Assembly (NCBI RefSeq): GCF_009834535.1
Contig: NC_045713.1
Coordinates: 7,130,001-7,194,000, forward strand
Reading direction: 5' to 3'
DNA length: 64,000 nt
Source of the DNA: Camelus ferus
Lineage: Eukaryota
Shown: positions 29,515 to 45,700 of the stretch, piece by piece
Numbering within the stretch: position 1 is the first letter of the stretch
Layout of the letters: each line of letters begins with the position of its first letter
Made by a program: the position numbers and the translations under genes
The notes under the pieces: generated by a model
The model's database searches: none
What the model saw: only the letters and a program-made list of their open reading frames with translations
Told to the model about the DNA's origin: nothing

Positions 29515-30080
29515 CATCCATCCATCATTCATCCCTTAGCTGGGGATGCAGCACTGAGCAAAACAAAGCTCTGACTTCATGGAACTTACACTCTACTTGT
29601 AGGAAACAGACAACAGCCTACAGTAGGATTTGAAGAGGGATTGGAGGATTGCTATTCTACATGGAAGGGAAGACCCGAAGGGAGCAAGGAAGCAAAGTGT
29701 GAGGCTACCTGGGTGGAAGGTATTCCCAACAGAGGGAACAAGTGCAGAGATCTTCAGGCAGGACACTGCTCAGTGTGTTCCAGGATTAAACAGAAACTCA
29801 AGGGCTGGAGTTGGGGGGGGGGGGGGGAGTAACAGGCTCAGACCACGTGAGGCCTTGCTGGCCATTACAAGGACCTTGGCTCTCAGTCTGGGTGAAGTCT
29901 GAGCAGAGGCATGACAGGATTTGACTTAAGTCTTGAAGGATCACCCAGGCTGATGCCTGGAGGTTAGAAGGCAGGGAGAGAAGTCAGAAGCCAGGAACAC
30001 TGGAGCTGTTGTCCTAATCCAGGTGAGACATGACCAAGCCTTGGACCAGGGCAGCAGAGGCAGAGGTGGGAGGTGGCTCA
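29515..30080 (-). mobile_element. L2a-like fragment
   Basis: ggggatgcagcactgagcaaaacaaagctctgacttcatggaacttaca...gtattcccaacagagggaacaagtgcagag...ctaatccaggtgagacatga. Confidence 0.7.
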
Positions 30081-30884
30081 GGCCCACAGCTATCCACATG
30101 CCCCCATCCACAATTAGAGACAGCCTTAGTGACTATAGTGAATAAAACTATAATGCATATTTAAAAGCGGCTAAGAGAATAAATCTTAAAAGTTCTCAAA
30201 AAGAGAAAGAAAGGAAGAAAGAAAAAAAGAAAAGGAAAGGAAATAAAAAGACATTCATTCTGGAGCTTAAGCTGGGTTTCAGTCCCCACTTGTCCCCCCC
30301 ACCCCGCTGCCCTGGACAGCACACAATCAGGATATATTTTGAAAGTAGAGTGAACAGGATTTGCTGACACCAGGGCGTTTGGGCCTCAGGAGAAGCCCAT
30401 GAATTTCAATCAGTCGGCCTGAGACAAGGTGGTGCAGGTCCACATGTCTGTTCACATATGGCAGGAGGGGGATGATCACGTTAAGGAGTTTCCATCACCA
30501 TGGCACCCAGGGCACCAGGCACAGCAGGACAGTTGGGCACCGGCAAACCCAGCGGCGGGTCAGGCCGCCAGTCAAAACTGCTGCTTCACTTGGGCAGACC
30601 TGGAGATGATCTCGCCAGGCTGCGGTGGTGCTGGGTCCAGATGACAAAGCAGCACCCAGTGACCCTGCCCTCCCCAAGCCTCCTAGGGTCTGCGGTGTTC
30701 CCTCTCCAGCTGCCGGGCCGTTCTCCTTCCGCGGCCACAAAAATGGGTATCTCACATCTCAGCAACTACGACTTCTTTCCTCCTTATCCCCTATTTCCAG
30801 TCCTTCTGTTCAGAAGGGTCAGGGTGAGTGACAAAGCGTTTTTGACAAAATTTACAGACTTATCACATCCTCCACGTTGGTGTG

Positions 30885-31352
30885 TGTATTTGTTTTCCAA
30901 CACAGGCTTCGTGGCTTAAAACATCACACATTTATTGGCTTCAGTTCTGGAGGTCAGAGTCTGAAATAGTTTCCACTGATCTGAAAGCAAGGTGTCTGCA
31001 GGGCCACATTCCTTCCAGGGGCGAATCCCTTTTGATGTCTTTACCAGCTTCTAGAACCGCATTCCTTGCATTCCTTGGTTCATGGCTTCTTCCTCATCTT
31101 CAAACCCAATATTTTAGCGGCGTCTTTAAATCTCTCCCTCTATTCCCATGATCACATTGCCCTCTGTGGTCAAATGGCTCTCTACCACCCTCTTGTAAGG
31201 ACACTTGGGATTACATTTAGTGCCCACTGGGATAATCACCCCATCTGAAGATCCTTAATTTAATCATATCTGCAAGATCGCTTTTACCATATTCACAGGT
31301 TCTAAGGATTAGGACCCAGATATCTCGGGGGCCATTTTTATTGTCAGCTGCA
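30885..31352 (-). mobile_element. MaLR solo LTR (MLT1C/D-like)
   Basis: tgtatttgttttcc...ggcttaaaacatcacacatttatt...ttctggaggtcagagtctgaaat...gatccttaatttaatcatatctgcaa...gggccatt...ca; flanked by a near-perfect 5-bp TSD gtgtg/gtatg. Confidence 0.85.
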
Positions 31353-33800
31353 GTATGCGTGGACCACTATAGGGGAGCTGGAGAGAAAAGTGTCTTCAAT
31401 TAAGTGATCCAGAACCATATTATAATCCAACAAGAGAATCTTGGTGGCTGGGCCAGAGTTGAGTTGGAATTCCCTAGGCTTCTTTCTGGCTGGGCTGTAC
31501 TCAGAGATGACCAGCCAGGTTGGCCTGGAATCGCCATTAGAAGTGTTGTACCAACAAATGGTCAGGGCAGAATCTTTAATTTTCAAAATAAGTCTAGAGC
31601 ACTCCCCATCCCTTTCTACTGATCATTAACCGAGAAGTGGCTGACCAAGAGGACACGAACACTTTCAGGGGATGGCCACATTCAGTGATCAGGCTGCCTC
31701 ACTAAGGTGTGTGGACCAGGAGGAGGCAAGGGAGGCAGAGCTGATCTGAAGGGGGCCGTTCCAGTGCTCGGCACCCAGATGCTGAGGGTGGGAATGTAGA
31801 ATGTTCATCCAGCACCTTGACGACTGGTCCACTGTTGAGTGGCTTCTGTAATAAAATAAAAGGTGCACTGATGTCGGATTGCAGAGGGTCTGCAAAGCCT
31901 GAAACATGACACTGTTTACTTTCGAGGGCCAGAATGATGTGGCCTGAGTCAGCTGACTGTGCTGGAACAGTGATACTGGCACCAACAGAGCCCCTAGCGG
32001 GTGTCAGAGGTTCAGTGGAGTCAATTACCAGGAGCAGGAGGGAGCCTCCGCGCTGGCGATGCAGGCTTGATCAGCAGCTTGGAGCCTGTGAGTTTTATTA
32101 AAGACCAGTCCCCCCGTGGGCACCCACATGAATGACCCAACTGTCAGACAGAACCAAGGTGTGTTTCCATTGTTCACCACCCCAACGGCTGTGTCTTTAA
32201 TCTTCCACCTTTGTCGTCTTCCAAGTGAACCAAGCAACCAGGCCATTGGCTAGCAGCCCAAGTCGGTAAAATTTAACAAAGCACATGAGGGGGAGTGCTG
32301 GTCAGACTCGTGATGAGAATGGCCTTGACTTCTGCTCACTGAGCAGGGCAGTGATGTCCACTTTCGGTTTTACATAGCTGGCCCTGAGGTTGGGCCGCGG
32401 CAGCCCCCCAGCGCGCCCATCAGGGTTCAGCTGCACTAAGCCATCAGCGAACCAAGCCCAGTCTCCACGGAGCCACAACTTTGTTCGGGGTGGTTTCTCC
32501 CAGAGCAGAAACGACTGCTTTTTCATGGAAAGCCCTTCTAGGGCCAGGCTGTGCTTTTAAACATACCATTTCCGCTTGACTAGCGAGTCTTGTAGGCTCT
32601 TCCCATCTTGTTAACTGTCAGGTTTGACTTGATTCACCCCAAAATGAGGCTATCAGGCTGGAGAGTTACCAAGCCTCCTGGGTCTCGAGCTCTTCCGCGG
32701 CAGAGGTACCCTGCAGCTGGGCCAGCAGGTGGCGCTGTTGCACCGAGCCGTGGACGGGCAGCAATGGGGTTTTTAAGTGAAGCTGTGATTTCCCTTTCTT
32801 GCTTTGCAGTCTTTAGTGTTCCTGTTGGACCCTCCTGGAGGTGAAAGGAAGGTGGATTGGGGAGTGATCTCCATGTCCCACTGTCACCCTCTACACAGAG
32901 CAGTCCCTGAATAGGAAAATCCCCTCTAACACTTAAGGGAGTGGAAAAGTGCAGGATACAAGCCATCAATTCCTGCAGCGTTATACGGGTGTAGAAGCAT
33001 TTGTTGAATTCAGACACCTCTTCCCCTACAGGGACAAGGACCAAGAAATCTGATATGTTTGCCAGGGGTTACAATGACCAGCAGCAGGAGACCACGCTAA
33101 TCCTCCAGCCAAGGCTGCAGGAGAGGGAAGCGAGTCTGCAGGACATGGTGAAGGCAGCAGAGGGGAACCTGAACCCTCAGTCTTCTCCTTCCTTGGCCTC
33201 TGGCTCCAGGGTCGGCACCTAAGATTCACTACTGCCCCCTGCCTCCTGCTGGCACCTCCTGGCTTCCTGTAAACACCTCAGCCCAGGGGCCCCTTTCTTT
33301 CTGCACCCATGCATGTTGCTGTATTTCACCCCGCAGTCCTTGGCACCCCGGCCACCCCTGTGCTCAGCACCCTCTCCTTACTACCAGGAACTACACACTG
33401 CAGCTGGGTTGCGAGTCCAGCCCGGTGGATATTCAGGCCACTGGCTTCTGCAGCACTGGCCAAAGGTGACTGTCCATACACGCCTGCCTTGCACTTGAAT
33501 CACAAAGGATTTGCTCACCTGCTCAATATTGGCAGCAAGATTTCAAAGGCATCCTTTTGTTTGGTACCCCGGAAGTTTGGACACTCCAGGGCTGTGCACC
33601 ACTCTACATTTGGGGGTGAGAAACCTGAGTATCTTCTGCCAGGTGGGGAAGGCGACCCAGAAAGAGAGTTGTCCAGCCACGGCGGTGTTTTCCAGGAGAG
33701 CAGTTTTAAAGGTGAATAAGATAGAAAATAAGGATCTGGGAATGGATCCTCACAGAACTAGCTGTCTCCACACGCTCGTTGTGAAGATCTGTGTGTTATC
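31353..33800 (-). mobile_element. Degenerate ERVL-class (ERV3-16A3/ERVL-E-like) internal pol remnant
   Basis: Minus-strand translation across frameshifts gives RT/tether-like ELMAC...VRGDFPI (about 32950-32890), RNase H-like AWFADG...WKIKD...HVGAH (about 32460-32100) and integrase-like HSHPQHLGAEHWNGPLQ (about 31810-31750); many stops and frameshifts. Confidence 0.6.
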
Positions 33801-33978
33801 CATCCCCCATCCCCACCCTCCTCCCTAGGGTCCTCAAATCCTTGTCTGAAGACAGCTACAGTCTGACCCAATAGCCACAGAAGGCCACCAGTACCCTTCC
33901 GTCTACTGACTGTTGATAAGGCTTACTATTTTTTAAATGAAATTAATATTTTTACTGCTTCATCAAGGATATTCTTTT

Positions 33979-34110
33979 TTATTATTATTTATTTTTGGGG
34001 GGGTAATTAGGTTTACTTATTTATTTTTAGAGGAGGTACTGGGGATTGAATCCAGGACCTTGTACATGCCAAGCATGTGCTCTACCACTTGAGCTATATA
34101 CCCTCCCTCC
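33979..34110 (-). mobile_element. Camelid tRNA-Ala-derived SINE (younger of tandem pair)
   Basis: T tail + gggggtaattaggtttac...gaggtactggggattgaatccagg...ctctaccacttgagctatataccctccc; TSD aaggatattctttt at 33965-33978 and 34112-34125. Confidence 0.88.
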
Positions 34111-34125
34111 TAAGGATATTCTTTT

Positions 34126-34283
34126 CTAAAAAATAATTTATTTATTTTTGGTTTGGTTTTTTGTCTTGGGGTGGTAATTAGATTTATTTACTTACTTATT
34201 TATTTTAATGGAGGTACTGGGGATTGAACCCAGGACCTCCTGCATGCTAAGCAGGCATTCTACCACTGTGCTATACCCTCCCC
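34126..34283 (-). mobile_element. Camelid tRNA-Ala-derived SINE (older of tandem pair)
   Basis: ...ggtaattagatttattt...ggaggtactggggattgaacccagg...ctaccactgtgctataccctcccc; outer TSD tcatcaaggatattctt at 33960-33976 and 34284-34300. Confidence 0.88.
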
Positions 34284-34479
34284 TCATCAAGGATATTCTT
34301 ATATGAAACTGGATTTTTTTAAAAAGAATGTATGACAATAAAGACTATAATAGTTCTGTCTGGTGCCACTGCCTGAATTTGTACTACAGTGTGAGCAGTT
34401 TCACCCACCATTGCTTTTGTAGCATCCCTGCAAATGTCAACACAGTGGAAAAGACAAAAAACAAAACAAAACAAAAACT

Positions 34480-34955
34480 ATCCTGAAACATCCATAATCA
34501 TACTGAGTGAAGAAAGCAAAACTCAAAAGGCTACAAACAGTAGGTATGATTCCATTTATATAACATTCTCAAAATGACAAAATAACAGAGATGGAGAACA
34601 GATTAGAGGTTGCCAGGGGTTAGGAACTGGGTGGGAGGATGTGGAGAGAGATGGGTGTGACTGTAAGAGTGTAGCAAGGGGGATGTTTGTGGTGGTGGAG
34701 GAGGTGTGTATCTTGATTATGGAGTTGATACACAAGTCTTCACTTGATAAAATTGCATAGAACTTTAGACACACACTGCACATAAAACTGGCAAAATCTG
34801 AGTAAGGTTTGTGGATTGTACCAATGTCAACTTCCTGATTTTGTTATGGTAATTAAGATGTTACCATTGGGGGAAACTGGGTGAAGAGCACACGGGGCTT
34901 CTTTGTACTTCTTTTTAAACTTACTGTGAATCTATAATTATTTCAAAATAAAACA
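34480..34955 (+). mobile_element. L1MC-like 3' terminus
   Basis: atactgagtgaagaaagc...atgattccatttatataacattctcaaaatgacaaaa...gaggttgccagggg...gttaccattgggggaaactgggtgaag...ctgtgaatctataattatttcaaaataaaa. Confidence 0.85.
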
Positions 34956-35109
34956 ATAATGAAAAATCTATCTTATGAAAATAGTTTTGACTGCCCAGAC
35001 CACCTGGTCTCAAAGACCCACACAGGTCCACAGAATAGACTTTGAAAACTGCTCAAAATTAGATATTTCAAAGATAAGATAATCTTACAAACAATATCAT
35101 TCCAGTAGA

Positions 35110-35310
35110 GTAGAGATTTTAGATGAAAAAGATAAATACACAGGAAAAAATTTACTTACCGAACCCGATTCAAGAAGAAGTAAAAATACGAATAGTCTTA
35201 CAATCTTCAAAAATTCAATCAGGAATCAAAAAATCCTCCCAAAAAGAAATTCTAGACCTAGCTGGCTTGAAAGATGAATTCCTGTGGAATTCTGAGAAAA
35301 ATAGATACAA
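35110..35310 (+). mobile_element. Old L1 ORF2 fragment
   Basis: Translation LPNPIQEEV...GIKKSSQKEILDLAGLKDEF resembles L1 ORF2 LPKLNQEEI...VIKNLPTKKSPGPDGFTGEF. Confidence 0.6.
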
Positions 35311-35394
35311 TTTTGTTCTAATCTGGTTGAAAAGTAACAGCTGCATCTTATTTTATGGCAGATTGTTTCATCACTTTTGCATCTGGGCATCTAC

Positions 35395-35828
35395 TGTTTT
35401 TTGAAATATAGTTGATTTACAATGTTTCAGGTGTACAGCGAAGTGATTCAGTTATACACATATATATATATATTCTTTTTCAGATTATTTTCCATTATAG
35501 TTATTACAAGATATTGAATATAGTTTCCTGTGCTATACAGTAGGTGCTTGTTATCTTTTATATATAGTAGTGTATCTCTTAATCCCCAAATCCAAATTTA
35601 TCCCTCCTCCCTCTCCCCTTTGGTAATCAGAAGTCTGTTTTCTATGTCTGTGAATCTGTTTCTGTTTTGCAAATAAGTTCGTTTGTATCATTTTTTTAGA
35701 TTCCACATATAATTGATATCATGTGGTATTTGTCTTTCTCTTTCTGACTTACTTTATTTAGTATGAGAATCTCTCGGTCCATCCATGTTGATGCAAATGA
35801 CTTTAATTCATTATTTTTCATGGCTGAG
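35395..35828 (-). mobile_element. 5'-truncated L1 (artiodactyl-type) 3' end
   Basis: tatagttgatttacaatgtttcaggtgtacagc...caagatattgaatatagtttcctgtgctatacagtagg...tagattccacatata...ggtccatccatgttgatgcaaatg...tttttcatggctgagt. Confidence 0.88.
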
Positions 35829-37199
35829 TTTTTATTTATTTATTTATTTAGTTATTTATTTAGTTATTTATTTATAAAAGCTATATGGAAGTTTAAATGT
35901 TTTATTCCTCGCCTTGGTAGACTGCCTTGGGCATCTTCTGCATGACTCATGGAACTTCAGAGACCACAGACCCAAGAATAATCATTAATAGCAAGGCTTT
36001 TGAGAACTTGTTGGGAATTAACTAGACAGCTGGGTTCTGGGGCAAATACAAATGGCAAGCTGCAAATTGACCTCTAGGCCCCAGAGTAACAGAGTTGATT
36101 GTATTGAGGATGCTGGGCACCTGAGAGCTGTTTCCTGAGGGCTGCCATTAGGTGAATTTCTAGGAAACACACAACCCCACTTCCAGGAGGTTCACTCTGC
36201 TTCTATCCTTCCCTCCTCTCCTTGCCACTGCCTTCTTCTTCATCTTGTTCTTGTCTTGGAGGAGGAGTGGAAGAATAAGGAAGTGAAAAGAGAGAAAGAA
36301 AAAAAATGCCCATTTTTCTTTGGGGGTTGGGGGTTGGAATTTTTATTTAGTGGCTTGGCTATTCCAGCTATTTGCTCAAATTCTCACTGGGTCTAGAAAG
36401 ACTGGTGTTGGTCACACACTCACACCTCTCAGGCTACCCTCAAGTTTTGTTACCTGGAAATTGTTCTTTCATGCCTCAGGCCTTTTGCACTGGCTGCTGC
36501 CACTGGGGAGAGCTCTCCTTCTTCCCTTCAACAGCCTGAATCACTTCTGGAAAGTCTTCTCACCGCCCTACAGGCCCCGCTCTTTGTCACTTTTCTGAGC
36601 GCATACCATATTTTACTGACATTGGTTAAATTACTGTCCTTAGACTGAAGTCACCGGAGAGTTAGGTTTGTTGCATCTGCAGACCTGAGTGGCTGTGCTA
36701 TTAAGTATTGGACGCCATAAAAATCGGGATCAAATTGGAGGCATGGCCATAAGGTGCCATCAGGAGATCACAAGATTTCGTTTTGTGTATATTATCTGCG
36801 GGATTTGATCCCGAAACTTTCAGGATTCCTCCTGTGAGGACATAAAAGTGAGTAAATGTGAGTAAACCACGAAAACCTGGACCCTCATTCCCTCAGGCAT
36901 CTCAAACATCAAAGGGCTTCGCCTGTTTTCTTCAGATCTGGATCTGTAACTTTCCCAAATCTCTTCTGCTTTCATCACTTGTACAGGTTTTGTCCTCACG
37001 TGAACTCTCTGATAGGCTAGAATGTTTTCTTCAGATTTTAGTAATTTAAAGGGGGCTTTTTTTTTTTTTTTTTTTTTTTTTTACATGAGACAAACACAAA
37101 ACTTTGCTTGGAAGCATAACCTTCGTCTGTTTGGAAACTTCAAATATGGGTGAATTTTTTATATCGAATCCTTCAAGCGTCCTCCTGTTTGCTGCGGGT

Positions 37200-37950
37200 C
37201 AACTTGGGACTCCGGTAGCTCAGACACTGTATGCCCTGCTGGGCCCGCGGCTGCCCCGCGGAGGACCACGTGGGAGCGCATCCCGGACCACCCCCGCCAC
37301 CTGCGCCAGGACGCCCCCTCCCCGGCCGCCGGCTCCCGAGCATGCGCCCTGAGGACCAGGTGCGCAGCGCCCCACCAGGCCCCGCCAGCAGGGGGCGCGG
37401 CGGGCGGGGGCGACAGGCCTAGAGTGTTGCGTCAGCGCTGGGGCCCTGCGCCCAGTCAGCAAACCACCGAGAGGCGAAGACTTCCCATTTTCCTAGAGAG
37501 AACAAGTGGACGTGGGGGACTCGGGGGTGCGGTGAGTAGTGAAAAGAACCGACCCGGAAGCGAAACGGAGGGAACTTCCGTTCTTTGTTCTGTCCACCGT
37601 GTGTGGGTCTGTGACAGGGACCAACGGGGCCTGGTCGGTGTCTGGCCCCCCAAATCTCCCGTCCCTGCCCCCAGGGTGAGTCCGGCCGCCCCCAGGGCTC
37701 GCGGTGGGGCAGGGACAGTGGTCGCCAGGGAAGTGGGGGGGTGTCCGTGCTGCTGCGGCCCGCGGGGTCCCCAGGCCCTCCGGGAGCAGGCTCCCGGGAG
37801 GCGCGAGTCCCGACTCCGCTTCCCCAGGGACCCCGCCCCCTGCAGGCCCCCCGTGCGAGGAGGAAGGAGGGGCTGCGGTTCTGATTCTGTGACTTCCACA
37901 GCGCCCAGCTCGAGCACTTCAAAGTTCCAGTCTGGCTGGAGAGGTGCCCC
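37200..37950 (+). promoter_or_regulatory. ZNF3 CpG-island promoter and probable non-coding exon 1
   Basis: CpG/GC-dense; NRF1-like GCATGCGC near 37340, ETS CCGGAAGC near 37555, candidate donor CAGG|GTGAGT at 37675/37676. Confidence 0.7.
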
Positions 37951-40900
37951 TCTTTTTACAACAGCTGATGACAGCGACCCTAACTTGGTCGTCATTCGGC
38001 AGGAGGGAGGGTCTGTTTTTACTTAGCTGGGTCCGAGGATCAGAGAATGAGGAGTGCTACAAAGCGTGCGCAGTTAAAACTATTCACACATAACGGAATC
38101 ATCCCCCTGGCGCCCAGTAAATCGAGTCTTTTTCGGGGAGTGGTACAACTGTGTCCCATTTCCAGACGTATTAAATCCCTAATTTGACCCCCTTTTGAAG
38201 TGGGATTGAACACAAGCCGGTGTTTCCGTTCTGAAGGGCGTATGTGAACTCCAGGAGAGGATAAGCAGGCTGATGAGCCTGAAATCTGTGCGATATTTAG
38301 AGGAACTAAAGGTATTCATCCCCACGAAGAGAAGCTTGTGGAGAGTGGACATCATTGGGTTTCAGGTGTTTGGTGGAGAGTTGCCTGGAAACAGAAAATT
38401 GTATCATAGAAACTCCGTAGGTCACTAGGCCTCTGAGAGGTGAAGGTCGGAGGGAGAAGATTCTCAGCGTAACTCCCAAGACCTCTCTAATGGCTAAGCT
38501 GTGCTGCAGTGGAACAGACTCCCTGCTGAAGTAAGAGTATCTAGCAAGTTAGTGGACAGACCGTTAGGAACTTGAGGTATTTCTTGCACTGGGTGGGAGG
38601 TTGACCTGGAGAACCTTGATTTCCATTTCAGCTCTCGGAGGGCGCAGCACAGATACCAGTTATGGTCTTAATCAGTATTTATCAGCATATGTCCTCTCTT
38701 CCTGTTTTCCCCCCCTTATCACTAAGTATCTAGATTCCAAGTGAAGTTTACATGAACCTTTTAAATTCCTTTTTCTTTGTTTTTCTTTAGTCATACAGCA
38801 TTGGCATCAACTCAAGTCAGAACTCCCAGGAACTTGAACAGACGCTGCCAAATTCCCAGTAATTGCTACTCTGGCCTTTTCGAGACTAACTACAAAGAAG
38901 GAAGGAAAGAATCCGGCGGGTAAAGCTTTCCTTGACTTGTTCTCTCTGCCAGGTCATCTTTCTCAGTCCCCAAGAGCACTGCAGGGAGTGGGGTTGGCAG
39001 TGGAGCAGGGGAAGGGCCCTGCCTGGACCTGAAGCAGTGGGGGCACAATGGAGGTTTTTCTTTCCATGAGAAACATTGTTTCCTGATCTAGACACTGGGG
39101 ACTTGTTCTCAACAATATGCCTTTGAGTTCCAGCTTTGCTTAACCCAGTTGTGAGGAGGGAGCGTTGCTTTTTTCTCTGGAATCAGCGCCTCTGACTCTC
39201 CTTTCTAAGGAGAGTTTGGACTGAGAGCTGATTTGGTGGGGGTGTCTGCTCGTAACCAGCCCTGGAGATTGCAAAGGTGGTTAATAGGAAGAAGAGGATG
39301 GCTGGCTCTGAGAAAGAGTCGAAGGGCCCCAACCAGGAGAGGGTTGTGCAAGAGGGTGTGTCTCCTGGATCGTTAGTGGGCCTGGCTCATACCTGATTCA
39401 TTGCTTTTCACTGTGTAATGGTCCTGGTGTGGTGATGGGCAGTCTACATGCCCCTGCTGCCCAAAGACTGGCACTGTCTGAACTCTGAGTGACCCTCAGG
39501 GCCCCTCCCCATTTTATGCCTTATGTGATTGCAACAGTCTGTAATGATGAAGCAAATGCCTTTTGCATTCTGGATTTTTTTCACTCCTTTCATTAGTGCC
39601 TTGCAATGTAACTGGCATGTAACAAATGTTTGTTCTATGAGCAAATGAATAAAGAGAGGGGAGGTGGCCAAAATCCAGGGGTTTCCCCTCTGTTCCTGCC
39701 TAAGCGTAAGGAGGCTCTGGCAGCTGCCTCACCTGTACTTCATCTGTGGATCCTCGCCACAACGTTCAGTTGTGGAGTAGAAACTTCTGAGATCCAAACC
39801 TTAGTCTGGGTGCTAATGTTACATCTTATTCACTGGCGCCACAGAGAACAGACCTCTTTTGATTGTTGTAGCCACTGGGGAGTGGGGACCTTAGCAAGAA
39901 TAAAAATGTAGTAAATAATTTTATATTTGTTTAAAAAGTATTAGTTCTTGCTTTAAGGACTTACATCCAAGGAAATCTATTATGAGAGACGGGAGAGAAA
40001 ATCTTTTATGAGAGAAGCCTCGCTGCTGCCTTCTCAGGGAGAGGACACACCGCAGCTGGGACCAGGGTCTCAGAGCCTGGTGAATACACACACCCACACT
40101 CTGTAACGAGACCGCACGAGGACCGCACAGGGCGCAGATTCCTCAGTAATAGCCCGCTTTTGACTGAGGCTGGAAGCAGAAGCTGTCTTAGAAAGAAAGG
40201 GGAGGAAGAATTTATCTCAGTCTAGCAGATCTGAGCTGTTTGCCCTAGTTCTGTGAGACAGGTATTGTTTCCCCCAGGTTTTTAAAATGAGACAAAGAAC
40301 TCAGGGAAACTTTCTCTGATCTCTGTTATTTGGGTGCTACTTCACGGCCCCTCTTCCTCTGAGGGTAGCGCCTACAGGTACTGCAACAGCTAGAAACCGA
40401 CCAAAGTAAGTTGGGTTTTTTTCCCCTCGTACTAATTCTAACATTTCTGAAGGTCTTTTCTTGATCTGTATACATTAGCTTTATCTATTATTCCCAGGGT
40501 TCCTAAAAATTAACATGATACTTAAACATTTTGCAGTCTATGTGTAATACTCTTTTTTCGCTTTACTCTGGTATTTCTCATTTCAGTAGTCACTTAGTAT
40601 TTCATTCTGTTAATGGCATCGTTTGGCACCCATGTTCTCCATTTTTTGTTGTTAGAAATAGTGCTCGGTGTGGGGAGGGCGCCTAAGGTGGGATGTTGTC
40701 CAGGAACTTGGGCCCTTTTTTGTGATCCTCGTGTGGTCTCATCACAGGGACCGGGTGCATTTATTCACCAGGATCTAAAAGACCGATCACTGTTGCTGCA
40801 TTTCCTCTTGCTATTCTGGTAGTAACTGAAATGCTAGTTCCCCTCTTTCTGTATTCAGGAGAGTTTTTTAAAATTGTCTTTGCACCCTGACCTTTTGCTT

Positions 40901-40988
40901 CTGCAGTGCTTCCTCATTGTCACTCAAACCCTGCTTCCTGCTGACTTTGCAAACAGGAGACCAGAGATACGAGCTTCTAGCCCTACCC

Positions 40989-45368
<4,380 letters not shown>

Positions 45369-45694
45369 AAGAGAGCCGCTCACCTGGCCTCCTCGCTTCC
45401 TCTGAGTCTCAAGAGCGCCTGCCTTGCTCTACAAGTACGAACAGCTTGGGACGCGTCCCTTCTGACTCGCCTTTCACCTTAGAGAATGGGGCAGACTGGG
45501 CAGGCCATCCTGGCACGGTGGTTAACAACCAAGTCAGTGTCCCCAGGAATGACCCCAGCCCTGAAAGATTGGGCCACTAGTAGAGGGAAGCTCTGGGACC
45601 AGTCTTCTTCCGTTTTGGAAGGCAGTTTGCACTAGACCATGTTTCTCACACCAGAGGAGCCTTTCTTTCCAAGGTGGGGTTGGAAGCACGTAGG

Positions 45695-45700
45695 AATAAA
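45695..45700 (+). terminator. Candidate ZNF3 polyadenylation signal AATAAA
   Basis: First AATAAA after the stop (about 330 nt); an ATTAAA near 46469 is an alternative. Confidence 0.5.

Larger units (their letters stand above)
33826..35053. mobile_element. hAT-Charlie-like DNA transposon broken by two SINEs and an L1
   Basis: Pieces about 33826-33976, 34284-34460 (cagtttcacccaccattgcttttg...tgcaaatgtcaacacagtggaaaagac) and 34965-35053 (tatgaaaatagttttgac...ggtctc...actttgaaaactgct) rejoin into a Charlie-like 3' end; subfamily name uncertain. Confidence 0.65.

Noticed and set aside
32025-32246. USP-like motif VGVVNNGNTPWF suggesting a deubiquitinase pseudogene
   Set aside because: The catalytic Cys is absent, and neighbouring frames spell ERVL RNase H motifs (WFADG, WKIKD, HVGAH); the resemblance is a frameshift coincidence.
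35123-35404. 93-aa Lys-rich ORF as a novel gene
   Set aside because: It is a degenerate L1 ORF2 fragment.
37424-38026. 200-aa and 179-aa ORFs over the ZNF3 promoter
   Set aside because: Same CpG-island artefact; the ORFs start at non-ATG codons.
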